Virus record (IMG/VR): IMGVR_UViG_3300009159_000038 | Location: 1-64,000 of that record | DNA from: an uncultured virus (IMG/VR IMGVR_UViG_3300009159_000038) | Taxonomy: Duplodnaviria > Heunggongvirae > Uroviricota > Caudoviricetes | Strand: one strand, 5' to 3' | DNA length: 64,000 bases | Part shown: one piece after another, positions 28,517 to 37,311 of the stretch | How the letters are laid out: every line of letters begins with the position of its first letter | Position numbering within the stretch: position 1 is the first letter of the stretch | Program-made: the position numbers and the translations under genes | Notes under the pieces: model-generated | What the model was told of the DNA's origin: nothing | The model's input: the letters and a program-made list of their open reading frames with translations, nothing else | Databases searched by the model: none

Positions 28517-30313
28517 ATGGCATTTTCAGCTAGATCCGCAAAATATAAAGATGGAGCACTTAATAGATTTGTAAAGACTAATTTATTTTTTGAAACAAAT
28601 CCATATATTCTATTTCAGGATCCTACATATCTAGGATTCAAACTATTCTTTTTGGTTAATCAACCGGATAGTAAGTTATTATCAGATGAGCCTTTGCCTA
28701 ATACCGCAATGTCATACTTGTATAATATTGGAGATACCGCTAGAATGCATTATCTTCAAAAATTCGTACAACATTTAGTTGCTATTAATCAACAAACTCC
28801 TTGGTTCTTTCAATCAATTGAAGGTTTAGCAGAGGCATGGAAACATGGTTTTCAAGAAGCAGATTTTAAACCTAAATTAGGTGATGATAGAAAAATTTCT
28901 ATTAAATGTTTGGAAAGTATAGATCTTCGCATGACTGCATTAATAGATCTTTATCGTAAAGCATGTTTTGATTGGCCAAATAGAAGAGAAGTAGTTCCCA
29001 AGAATTTAAGACAATTTACGATGTATATTTATTGTTATGAGAATCGTACTATAAATGTTAAAGGTCAACCTGGCTCTAATTCCCTATCATCTCTTAAAGA
29101 ATATGCCGCATTGCCTGAGGTTAATCAAAGACAAATAGATCAAAATAAAATTTTATTAGGTTTACCATTAAGTAAAGGTGGTGGAGCAAAACCTATTCCA
29201 TCTGCTACCGAAATTACAGCCGGTGTACAAAGTATTATTGGTATAGGAGGAGGAGAAGAGGATGATGGTTTTGATAATGATTCTCAGTTTGCAAATACCA
29301 TCAATGATAATATTAATAGAGTAATGTTTAAATTTGATCTTTGTGAATGGTTACCTGACGAGAGCGGGGTTATTGGTGCTAAAATTAATAACATAACTGG
29401 TGAAGCGGCTGATCAAACTCTAGCATTCTCATATAAAACCGTATATGAAGAAAATGTTTATAATATGTTTTCCGGAATTAGTGTTACCGATCTAAATTAT
29501 ATTCTAGATCAATCATCATTAGATAATGCTGATAAAACATTAACCGGATTAAGATCTAAATTTACTGAAGGTGGTGGATTTGGTTTACAATCCATTACAA
29601 ATGGAAATTTTAATGCACTTACGCCTTTTGCATCTATGGCTGCTGATAGATTAACTGAAGCAATTTCTTCTAAAGCTAAAGGTCTTCTATTAGGTAATAT
29701 ATTTGGATTTTCTCCAGCAAATGTTGCTGGTGCTGCACAATCAATACTTACTGGAGATCCATCCGCGATGGTTCAAGGAGTAACACAATTAGCTAATGCT
29801 GGTGGTGGTGCATCTATAAAAAATGCCACAAATAAAATTCAAGGAGCACCAAACGTATTCGATTCAATTACTGGAGCATTAGGCGGTATCGTCGATAATG
29901 GTGATCTAGGAAACATATTTAATGATAGATCTGCTTCATTGGCAAATGATAATGGACCAGATGCTAAATCTCAAGGAACGGGTAATCCTACGGCTTCATT
30001 GGCAAACGATAATGGACCGGATGCTAAATCACAAGGAACGGGTAATTCAACAGCCTCTTTAACAAATAATAATAGTTCTGGTGCTAAATCACAGGGAAAA
30101 GGCAATGATCAATCTTCTTTATCGAATGATAATGGTTCAGATGCTAAATCCCAAGGAACAGGTAATTCAACTGCATCATTATCTAACAATCCTAGCTCTG
30201 GTGCTAAAACTCAAGGTTCAGGTAATCCAACTGCTTCTTTAGCAAATGATAATGGACCAGATGCTAAATCACAAGGAACAGGTAATGATCGAGCTTCATT
30301 GTCTAATGGATAA
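28517..30313 (+). CDS. Structural protein with C-terminal 20-aa tandem repeats
   Basis: In baseplate module; ASLANDNGPDAKSQGTGNxT repeats. Confidence 0.6.
   Translation: MAFSARSAKYKDGALNRFVKTNLFFETNPYILFQDPTYLGFKLFFLVNQPDSKLLSDEPLPNTAMSYLYNIGDTARMHYLQKFVQHLVAINQQTPWFFQSIEGLAEAWKHGFQEADFKPKLGDDRKISIKCLESIDLRMTALIDLYRKACFDWPNRREVVPKNLRQFTMYIYCYENRTINVKGQPGSNSLSSLKEYAALPEVNQRQIDQNKILLGLPLSKGGGAKPIPSATEITAGVQSIIGIGGGEEDDGFDNDSQFANTINDNINRVMFKFDLCEWLPDESGVIGAKINNITGEAADQTLAFSYKTVYEENVYNMFSGISVTDLNYILDQSSLDNADKTLTGLRSKFTEGGGFGLQSITNGNFNALTPFASMAADRLTEAISSKAKGLLLGNIFGFSPANVAGAAQSILTGDPSAMVQGVTQLANAGGGASIKNATNKIQGAPNVFDSITGALGGIVDNGDLGNIFNDRSASLANDNGPDAKSQGTGNPTASLANDNGPDAKSQGTGNSTASLTNNNSSGAKSQGKGNDQSSLSNDNGSDAKSQGTGNSTASLSNNPSSGAKTQGSGNPTASLANDNGPDAKSQGTGNDRASLSNG
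29933..30310 (+). repeat. 60-nt coding tandem repeat, about 6.3 copies
   Basis: GCTAAA(T/A)CNCA(A/G)GG recurs in the same column of six successive 60-nt lines. Confidence 0.9.
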
Positions 30314-30335
30314 CCAAATCATATAATAGTATACG

Positions 30336-31013
30336 ATGGCAATAAGAGACTTTTCAAAAGACGATTTACGAAACACCTCATGGTTAGGTGAAGTGGTAGA
30401 TATTGCTGATCCTCAAAAAATTGGTCGCATCAAAGTTAAAGTATTTGGTAAATTCGACGAATTAACTAATGATGCTATTCCATGGGCTTATCCAGGAAAT
30501 AATATTTCTGCCGGAAGTGCGGATGGTGGATCTTTCTTTTCGGTTCCTAAAATGGGATCTATAGTTTCTATTAAATTTGATAATGGAAATATCTATTACC
30601 CTGAATATTTTTTCAATCAGCATTTATCACAAGATGCACGTAAAGAAATTGAGAATTCTTATGAAAACGCTCATATAATAGTTTATGATACTGTTACTGA
30701 TGGAAAACTTAAAATCTTCTTTACTCAAGAAAAGGGACTTATGCTAGATTATAAAGAGACTCAAATTAACATCAAACCAGACAAATCTATTGTGATAAAA
30801 GCGGAGAATGTTATAATCGATCAAGCAAAATCAATTGAATTAGGAAAAGGTGCAACGGATCCAGTAATTTTAGGAAATGCTTTCTTGACTCTTTTTAATG
30901 CACATACTCATTTAGGTAATCTAGGAGCTCCTACATCACCACCGACCTCACCAATGACTCCGGCTGCTCATCTTAGTGGTAAAGGATCTACTCCACAAAC
31001 TACCGTAAAATAA
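30336..31013 (+). CDS. Baseplate central spike (gp5 N-terminal OB fold / gpV-like)
   Basis: GEVVDIADPQKIGRIKVKVFG, IPWAYP, FSVPKMGSIV, C-terminal HTH metal tip and GAPTSPP. Confidence 0.85.
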   Translation: MAIRDFSKDDLRNTSWLGEVVDIADPQKIGRIKVKVFGKFDELTNDAIPWAYPGNNISAGSADGGSFFSVPKMGSIVSIKFDNGNIYYPEYFFNQHLSQDARKEIENSYENAHIIVYDTVTDGKLKIFFTQEKGLMLDYKETQINIKPDKSIVIKAENVIIDQAKSIELGKGATDPVILGNAFLTLFNAHTHLGNLGAPTSPPTSPMTPAAHLSGKGSTPQTTVK

Positions 31014-31023
31014 TAAAAAGAAT

Positions 31024-31419
31024 ATGCCTTTAATCCCAATTGCAATAGAAACTCCTCTAGATACTGCGTTTAAAGCATCTAGAAATAAATTCAAAATATC
31101 TTCTAGAAAAGCCTTTCTTGATGCAATGACAAAATTTAAAACAGAATCTGCAGCAGCAGCTGCAGAGAAAACAATTAATAAAGATGGAATTTTTGATACT
31201 GCAGTAGCAGCTGCATCTGATGTTTTTATGAATGAGATGGATAACGCCTATGGCGATACATTTGAAGGTCTAGGTAAAATTATCGCTGCACAAGTAGACG
31301 CTTACATCAGAACAATGACTATCATTGTTCCTCCAGGACAAGTTGTTCTTACTCCTTTTGCTCCATCCCCACTTCCTGGATCAACAACCGCACCTTCACC
31401 TCCAGCAATAATCTCATAG
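31024..31419 (+). CDS. Hypothetical spike-adjacent protein
   Basis: IAAQVDAYIR..IIVPPGQ; follows the spike gene. Confidence 0.6.
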   Translation: MPLIPIAIETPLDTAFKASRNKFKISSRKAFLDAMTKFKTESAAAAAEKTINKDGIFDTAVAAASDVFMNEMDNAYGDTFEGLGKIIAAQVDAYIRTMTIIVPPGQVVLTPFAPSPLPGSTTAPSPPAIIS

Positions 31420-31482
31420 AAACGAGAGATATATAATCTAATAATACAATAATCTATTTATATTCACTTAACAAACAAAAAA

Positions 31483-32652
31483 ATGACAGAACAAATCGAA
31501 TCTTTAATGACTAAAAAAGTATGGACCGACACAGATTGGGAAAACTATGAGTCAGAATCCTTTGGGAAACGAAGAATCAACAAAAAAATTAAACACACTC
31601 TAGGTGACACCTCAAAAGTCTTTTACAATGGGCCAGACGCTCAAAAGATTTATGATTTGTATATGGGATCTCTTTCAAATTTAAAAGAACCTAAAACTGG
31701 AGATGTTGTCCTTGCAACCGTTTTATCGGTTAATCAAGAAAAAAATCATGCTATTCTCTATGTAGGCTGGAGAGAAGATGCTATCCTAGATCTTAAAAAA
31801 GAATTAGCCGAGTACATTCCTAACATTAAAGTAGGAAATCAAATTGAGGTTATCATTGAGACTAAAGGTCAAAATGTGCCTATTACCGCATCTTATTCTA
31901 AAAACATTCAAGCCCTTAAGCGTAACGAAGTATTCGATGCTATTGGCAAAAATGTTGCTTATGCCGCTAAAGTTGAAGAACTTATTCATGGTGGTTACTT
32001 CTTAAACATTGATGGAGTTCGTTGTTTCATGCCAGGATCTCTTGGTGGAATGAACAAATTAGTTAACTTCGAATCTTTAATTGGCCAAACTATTTATGTA
32101 GTTCCCATCAATTACTCAAAAGAGAAAGATTATATCGTGGTTTCTCATCGCGAATATCTTAAAGCTCTGGTTCCTCAAGAAATTGAAAAACTTATCATTA
32201 GTCAAAAATACAATGGTTTCGTTACTGGAACTAGCCGACATGGAATATTCGTTGAATTTAATGGTTGCTTAACTGGATTAATTACCAAATCAGATATCGA
32301 TGATATGAACCTGGTAAATTACAACGAAGGTCGTATTAAACCAGGTGATCCAATTGAATTCTATTTAAAAGAAGTTCTCGATGATACAAAAATCATCCTT
32401 TCTTGTAAACCGGAAACTATTATTAATGAATGGGACGGAATCGAAGATAAATACAAAGTGCCATCGATGGTAACTGGTAAAGTGAAGAGAATCGTGAAAT
32501 ACGGAATATTCGTTGAACTAGAACCTAAAATCGTAGGCTTATTACATAAATCACATCTTAATGAAGATATGCAATTTGAAGTTGGTCAAGATATCGATGT
32601 TAAAATCGTAAAGATCGACAAAGAATCCAAGAAAGTAGACTTTACTGTATAA
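31483..32652 (+). CDS. rpsA: Ribosomal protein S1 homolog (4 S1 domains)
   Basis: GGYFLNIDGVRCFMPGS, IVVSHR, HGIFVEF..LTGLI, YGIFVELEPKIVGLLHKSHL, VGQDIDVKIVKIDKE. Confidence 0.88.
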   Translation: MTEQIESLMTKKVWTDTDWENYESESFGKRRINKKIKHTLGDTSKVFYNGPDAQKIYDLYMGSLSNLKEPKTGDVVLATVLSVNQEKNHAILYVGWREDAILDLKKELAEYIPNIKVGNQIEVIIETKGQNVPITASYSKNIQALKRNEVFDAIGKNVAYAAKVEELIHGGYFLNIDGVRCFMPGSLGGMNKLVNFESLIGQTIYVVPINYSKEKDYIVVSHREYLKALVPQEIEKLIISQKYNGFVTGTSRHGIFVEFNGCLTGLITKSDIDDMNLVNYNEGRIKPGDPIEFYLKEVLDDTKIILSCKPETIINEWDGIEDKYKVPSMVTGKVKRIVKYGIFVELEPKIVGLLHKSHLNEDMQFEVGQDIDVKIVKIDKESKKVDFTV

Positions 32653-32690
32653 TTTCTTTAAGATAAATAATAAAAGGAAATGGTAAGGAA

Positions 32691-34049
32691 ATGGATTATA
32701 ACTCACTTAATTTTACACCTCTATTCGAAAAGAGCTTAGTAAGGGTTACTGCTGAATTTCACAGTGACAAGAGTAATAGTGCAGCACTTGAAACATTATC
32801 GAAGGATCTGAAGCGTAAGGTAACTCCTTCAGATCCTTCTTCTATGTCTTTCCAGTTGAAAAGAGATGAATCCGGAAAATTCACATTTTCTACTGGATTC
32901 TTGTTGTACCGAGATGCTCGGCTTACGTTAATAGATCTATTCAAATGGATGGAACGTAATTCAAAAACCGAAAGAACGGATAATCTTTATCTAGATCTTA
33001 AGTTTATTGATGTAATTTCAGGACCTTTCAAAGGAACTTTGTTTAATACATCTACAAAAATTGATTCAATTGATAAAATCAAATTCGCTTTAGGATTTGA
33101 TGAAGATGCCGTGTATAAAGTTTTCCCATCTAGAAAGAATGGATTTAATTCTCAAACTATTCGAAATTTCGCACCTCAACAAAAGTTTTTAGTGAAAACT
33201 AAATACATAGATCCTACATCATATGATATTCCAAACACTCTTAATAGTGGAGTAAACTTCGAAACTTTAACTGATGGATATGTTAGATTACAATATATTG
33301 GTGGAACTAAATATGAAGAAAAATCTAGTGAAATTCTTACAATCCTTAATCAATTCACGATCACTGCTTGGGATTCGGTTATTAATAAAACTTACACCAA
33401 AGACAATTTAGATAAATTTGTATCTATGTTATCAAGAACAAAAGGTGCAAGAGAAGCCTATTTAGATTATGATTTATTTCTTAAGAATTTTCCAAAAGTT
33501 AAATTTACGGTAGATCTATTAGGTGATAAGAAAATTCTTGAATCTTATTATGGAATTTTAAAAGATCGAGTATATGAGATATTCAGTAATATTACAATTG
33601 AAGGTGATTGCGATCTTAATTATGATACTCTTCTTTGTACGTTTCAAATACGTTCAGCTAAATTTAGAGCTAACAAACTAGTTAAAATAGACTTTATTGA
33701 TTGTGAAATTGCGAGTGGATCTTTTGAAATGTGTGATTTTTATGATTGTCGATTAATTGATTCATCTTTAAATTATTGCAATTTATTTCTACATTCTATT
33801 GTTGATAGATCTAATATATTAGATTCCTTTGCAAATAGAACGGTTCAACTTAAAAATTGTGAAATTGATGGTATGAATACCGTTATTAATTGCGATGTTA
33901 TTGGAGGACTAATTAAAAAATGTAAAGTCGGTGAACATGCTAGCATTGCAAAAGATGTCGTTGTTATCGAATATTCACCAATCAAATCAGGGTATTTTGT
34001 TGCTGGTGATAGAGTAATTATACCTACAAAAAAATTTAATACACTGTGA
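32691..34049 (+). CDS. Degenerate amidoligase-like protein with C-terminal beta-helix-like repeats
   Basis: GVNF...GYVRLQYIGG.KYEEK resembles phage amidoligase GINF..YLEFRY.GG; C-terminal Cys/hydrophobic short repeats. Confidence 0.4.
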   Translation: MDYNSLNFTPLFEKSLVRVTAEFHSDKSNSAALETLSKDLKRKVTPSDPSSMSFQLKRDESGKFTFSTGFLLYRDARLTLIDLFKWMERNSKTERTDNLYLDLKFIDVISGPFKGTLFNTSTKIDSIDKIKFALGFDEDAVYKVFPSRKNGFNSQTIRNFAPQQKFLVKTKYIDPTSYDIPNTLNSGVNFETLTDGYVRLQYIGGTKYEEKSSEILTILNQFTITAWDSVINKTYTKDNLDKFVSMLSRTKGAREAYLDYDLFLKNFPKVKFTVDLLGDKKILESYYGILKDRVYEIFSNITIEGDCDLNYDTLLCTFQIRSAKFRANKLVKIDFIDCEIASGSFEMCDFYDCRLIDSSLNYCNLFLHSIVDRSNILDSFANRTVQLKNCEIDGMNTVINCDVIGGLIKKCKVGEHASIAKDVVVIEYSPIKSGYFVAGDRVIIPTKKFNTL

Positions 34050-34831
34050 TAGACAATTGTAACGATCCAAATTCTCCGGCTGCAATAGCTTACGATCAAT
34101 TCATATCGGATGTTCAACAAGAATTAAGTGTTGCTTGTGCTTTACCGTTCACAACACCAAGACCAGAAATTGAACGTATTATTAAGTATTCTGCTGATTG
34201 GTTCTATAAAAAATACGAAGATGCGGTTGAGGAAAAATACTACATTATTCCTGTAACCTGGTTTAGTTTACCTCAATTTAAAAGAGAAAGATCTATAACT
34301 CTTCCTGATTGTGTTTTTTCCGTTTTCTCTGTTAAAAAGCTAAGAGAAGATTTTGGACGTAATATGACATTTGATGGTACTGCCGATTTTGGTATTGAAC
34401 GTTTGTTCTTATCAGATTCTGTTTCATTAGGTCAAGGAACGGAAAACTTAATGTATTACACATTGAACATGTATTGGTTAGACGTTGCATCGCATATAAT
34501 CAATCACACCATCAGTTTTAATTATAACCGTAATACTCATAAATTATTCTTTCCTGGACAAACTCCGGATAGAGATTGTGTGTTACATACATATACTAAG
34601 CTACCAATTGATATGTTAATGAGAGATGAATTATTCTTTCGTTATGTAGTAGCTAAATGTAAAATGCAATTATCTAGAGTAATTGGAACATTTGACTTTA
34701 ATCTTCCTGGAGGAATAAAAATTAATTTCGATTTGATTCGAGGTGAAGGTGAAAGTGCTCTAGAAAAGATTGAAGAAGAAATCAAATCCGAAGAAGGAAT
34801 GGATTTTTTCTTTACATCTGGAGGATCTTAA
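34046..34831 (+). CDS. Neck/head-completion protein, T4 gp13-like
   Basis: FNYNRNTHKL, FNLPGGIKINFDLIRGEGE...IEEEI; GTG start. Confidence 0.7.
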   Translation: MIDNCNDPNSPAAIAYDQFISDVQQELSVACALPFTTPRPEIERIIKYSADWFYKKYEDAVEEKYYIIPVTWFSLPQFKRERSITLPDCVFSVFSVKKLREDFGRNMTFDGTADFGIERLFLSDSVSLGQGTENLMYYTLNMYWLDVASHIINHTISFNYNRNTHKLFFPGQTPDRDCVLHTYTKLPIDMLMRDELFFRYVVAKCKMQLSRVIGTFDFNLPGGIKINFDLIRGEGESALEKIEEEIKSEEGMDFFFTSGGS

Positions 34832-34898
34832 TATACATCGAGACGATCATACCGGATCATCTAATGAAACGAAAATAAACCTAAAAGAATTAATATTA

Positions 34899-35267
34899 AT
34901 GGCAATTGACATATACTTAAGGATCCCTACCGATCCTAATTATGACCCAACGCAAATTGATGGCGATGACGAATTTCAACAATTTTTACAATTGATAGAA
35001 ATGCTATTGACTACAAAAAGAGGTGAAGTTTTAGGTAATCCTGGTTTAGGTTGTAATTTAGAGCAATTTCTTTGGAATGAACAAATAACGTCTAGTGCAG
35101 TTAAGACTGAGATAATGACGCAAATTTTAGATTTTGGAAGTGATTATGGTACTAGAATTTCGTATGATATTGATGTCAATTTCATTGCAGGACCTATTAC
35201 CGATAGTATTTTAGTAGATGTTTATATTGAAGATCAAAAAGTCTTAGGTATTGCAGCAACCCCTTAA
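34899..35267 (+). CDS. Baseplate wedge gp25-like protein
   Basis: LLTTKRGEVLGNPGLGCNLEQFLW. Confidence 0.8.
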   Translation: MAIDIYLRIPTDPNYDPTQIDGDDEFQQFLQLIEMLLTTKRGEVLGNPGLGCNLEQFLWNEQITSSAVKTEIMTQILDFGSDYGTRISYDIDVNFIAGPITDSILVDVYIEDQKVLGIAATP

Positions 35268-35287
35268 TAACATGAATAGATATAATA

Positions 35288-37063
35288 ATGGCAAAGCTTA
35301 ACAAGATATTCACACCCAATAGGATTGGATACCAACAACTTATTAATGATACATACCTTTACCTGATAGATACTTACTCTCAGGCACAAACTGTATTTTC
35401 TAAGGCTTCGCCTTATGGACAATTACTTGATGTAATTAATAACTTCTCTCAGCTATTCTTCTTATATTTAGAAGATGCGATAGTGGAAAATAACATATTA
35501 ACTGCACAGAAACAAAAATCTATTTATGGATTATCCCGATTAGTTGGGCACAATCCAACTAGAGCACTTTCTGCACAAGGAACTATTCGAGTTAAAATGA
35601 AACCTGGTGCTCAATCTGATGTTAATGCGTCTTACCTTTTATTTCTTAATAAGAGTAAATTAAATTGCATAAATAATGGATTAGATTATTTTGTCCAAAT
35701 GGGTAATGCTCTAGGTAATACTAAAATAGATTCAAACAATATTGGATTTACTAGTTTTAAATTAATTCAAGGTATATTAGATACGCAAACCGCTATATCT
35801 AATGGAGATCCTCTACAAACTTATAATTTCCAAACCGATAGACCTATAGAAAACGATATGGTTTATGTTTTTGTTAATGGAGAACCTTTTGATATTAAAG
35901 ACTCTCTATACGATATGACTAGAGATCAAAAGCAATGTATGGTTAAAACTGGTGTTGCCGGTGGTATTGACGTTATTTTTGGAAATGAAGATTATGGATA
36001 CATTCCTCCTTTTGGTAATAAAATTATGGTTGAATATGTAAAAACTGATGGTTTTCAAGGAAATATTTTTGGAAAAGGTAATTCAATACAATTCAAATGG
36101 GCAGATCCTGCATATACTAATACCGGAGAAGAAATTGATATTAATGAATTTTTTATAACAGAAATAGAAAAACCTCTTATTTTAGGTGCAGATGAAGAAC
36201 CGGTAGAATTAACAAAACTAATTGCTCCTAAAACTTCTAGATCTTTTGTCCTAGCAAATCCAGACAATTACGTTAATTTACTTTCAAGATTTAATTATTC
36301 ATATGTGGATGCATATACTACAAAAGATGATGGATTCGTTGCAGATGACAATGTGATTTATTTATTTTTGCTACCAGATATTTCTAGAAGATTATCCAAA
36401 AATGCAGATTATTTTACAACAGATATCAAAAACTTCTATTTAGATACAGATGAAAAAGATGCAATTATTTCATATATTAATCAAAGTGGAAGACAGATAA
36501 TTTCAACAGAATTAAGTGTTGTTGATCCGGTTATTAAAAAATATGCGGTAAATGTTTTTCTTAGAGTATTTGATACGGTAGATACAACAACGATTAAAAA
36601 TGACGTTATCAATCAAATAACAAATTACTTAATTAATGTTACTCGAAGAGACAGAGTTCCTAAATCGGATTTGGTTGCTATTATTGAGGCAATTAACGGA
36701 GTAGATTCAGTAGATGTAACTTTCGTTTCTCAAGAAAATGAAGATGCAATTATTGATGGATTTTATTATAGAGTAGAAAAGACCTCTTCTATAGTTAGAT
36801 CATTAACAACCGAGACTTTAAAGAAAATAACGGTTGCACCTGGTCAAAATCCCAATTTAGGATTAGACGAATTTGGTGATATTGTTATCGAACAAAATGA
36901 AGTACCTATTATTAGAGGTGGATGGTATGATCGAAATAATAATTTCTATGAAGAAGGATTAAGTGAAAGAGATTTCTCTTCGGTTAACGTCATCATAAAA
37001 AGTGTAATTCCGGAAACTCTATCTACTAGAATAACCATGAAAAATAAAGATGCCATTAAATAA
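35288..37063 (+). CDS. Baseplate wedge gp6-like protein
   Basis: TAQKQKSIYGLSRLVGHNP, VIFGNEDYGYIP, EYVKTDGFQGN, GADEEP, INGVDSV. Confidence 0.8.
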   Translation: MAKLNKIFTPNRIGYQQLINDTYLYLIDTYSQAQTVFSKASPYGQLLDVINNFSQLFFLYLEDAIVENNILTAQKQKSIYGLSRLVGHNPTRALSAQGTIRVKMKPGAQSDVNASYLLFLNKSKLNCINNGLDYFVQMGNALGNTKIDSNNIGFTSFKLIQGILDTQTAISNGDPLQTYNFQTDRPIENDMVYVFVNGEPFDIKDSLYDMTRDQKQCMVKTGVAGGIDVIFGNEDYGYIPPFGNKIMVEYVKTDGFQGNIFGKGNSIQFKWADPAYTNTGEEIDINEFFITEIEKPLILGADEEPVELTKLIAPKTSRSFVLANPDNYVNLLSRFNYSYVDAYTTKDDGFVADDNVIYLFLLPDISRRLSKNADYFTTDIKNFYLDTDEKDAIISYINQSGRQIISTELSVVDPVIKKYAVNVFLRVFDTVDTTTIKNDVINQITNYLINVTRRDRVPKSDLVAIIEAINGVDSVDVTFVSQENEDAIIDGFYYRVEKTSSIVRSLTTETLKKITVAPGQNPNLGLDEFGDIVIEQNEVPIIRGGWYDRNNNFYEEGLSERDFSSVNVIIKSVIPETLSTRITMKNKDAIK

Positions 37064-37311
37064 TGTATAAAGACAGTATCTATACGAAGATGTTAAATGA
37101 ATCTTCTAATTTAAAATATAAAGGATTTGAGTATCAGAATACAAATATAATGGAAAAATTTGTTTCTAACCGAATGACCGGAAATCCAATAATGGCTGGA
37201 TTTCTTAAATTACTTAGTCCAATTTTTATAAATTGGCTAGAATCTGTTAAAAGAGTTCAATTCTTTTACAACTACATAATTGATAAAAACGATAATAGTA
37301 TAAACCGATAA
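37063..37311 (+). CDS. Small baseplate-module protein
   Basis: TAATG-coupled on both sides. Confidence 0.65.
   Translation: MYKDSIYTKMLNESSNLKYKGFEYQNTNIMEKFVSNRMTGNPIMAGFLKLLSPIFINWLESVKRVQFFYNYIIDKNDNSINR

Noticed and set aside
29933..30310. Possible CRISPR array
   Set aside because: In-frame coding repeat without unique spacers; variation is mostly at codon level; no cas genes
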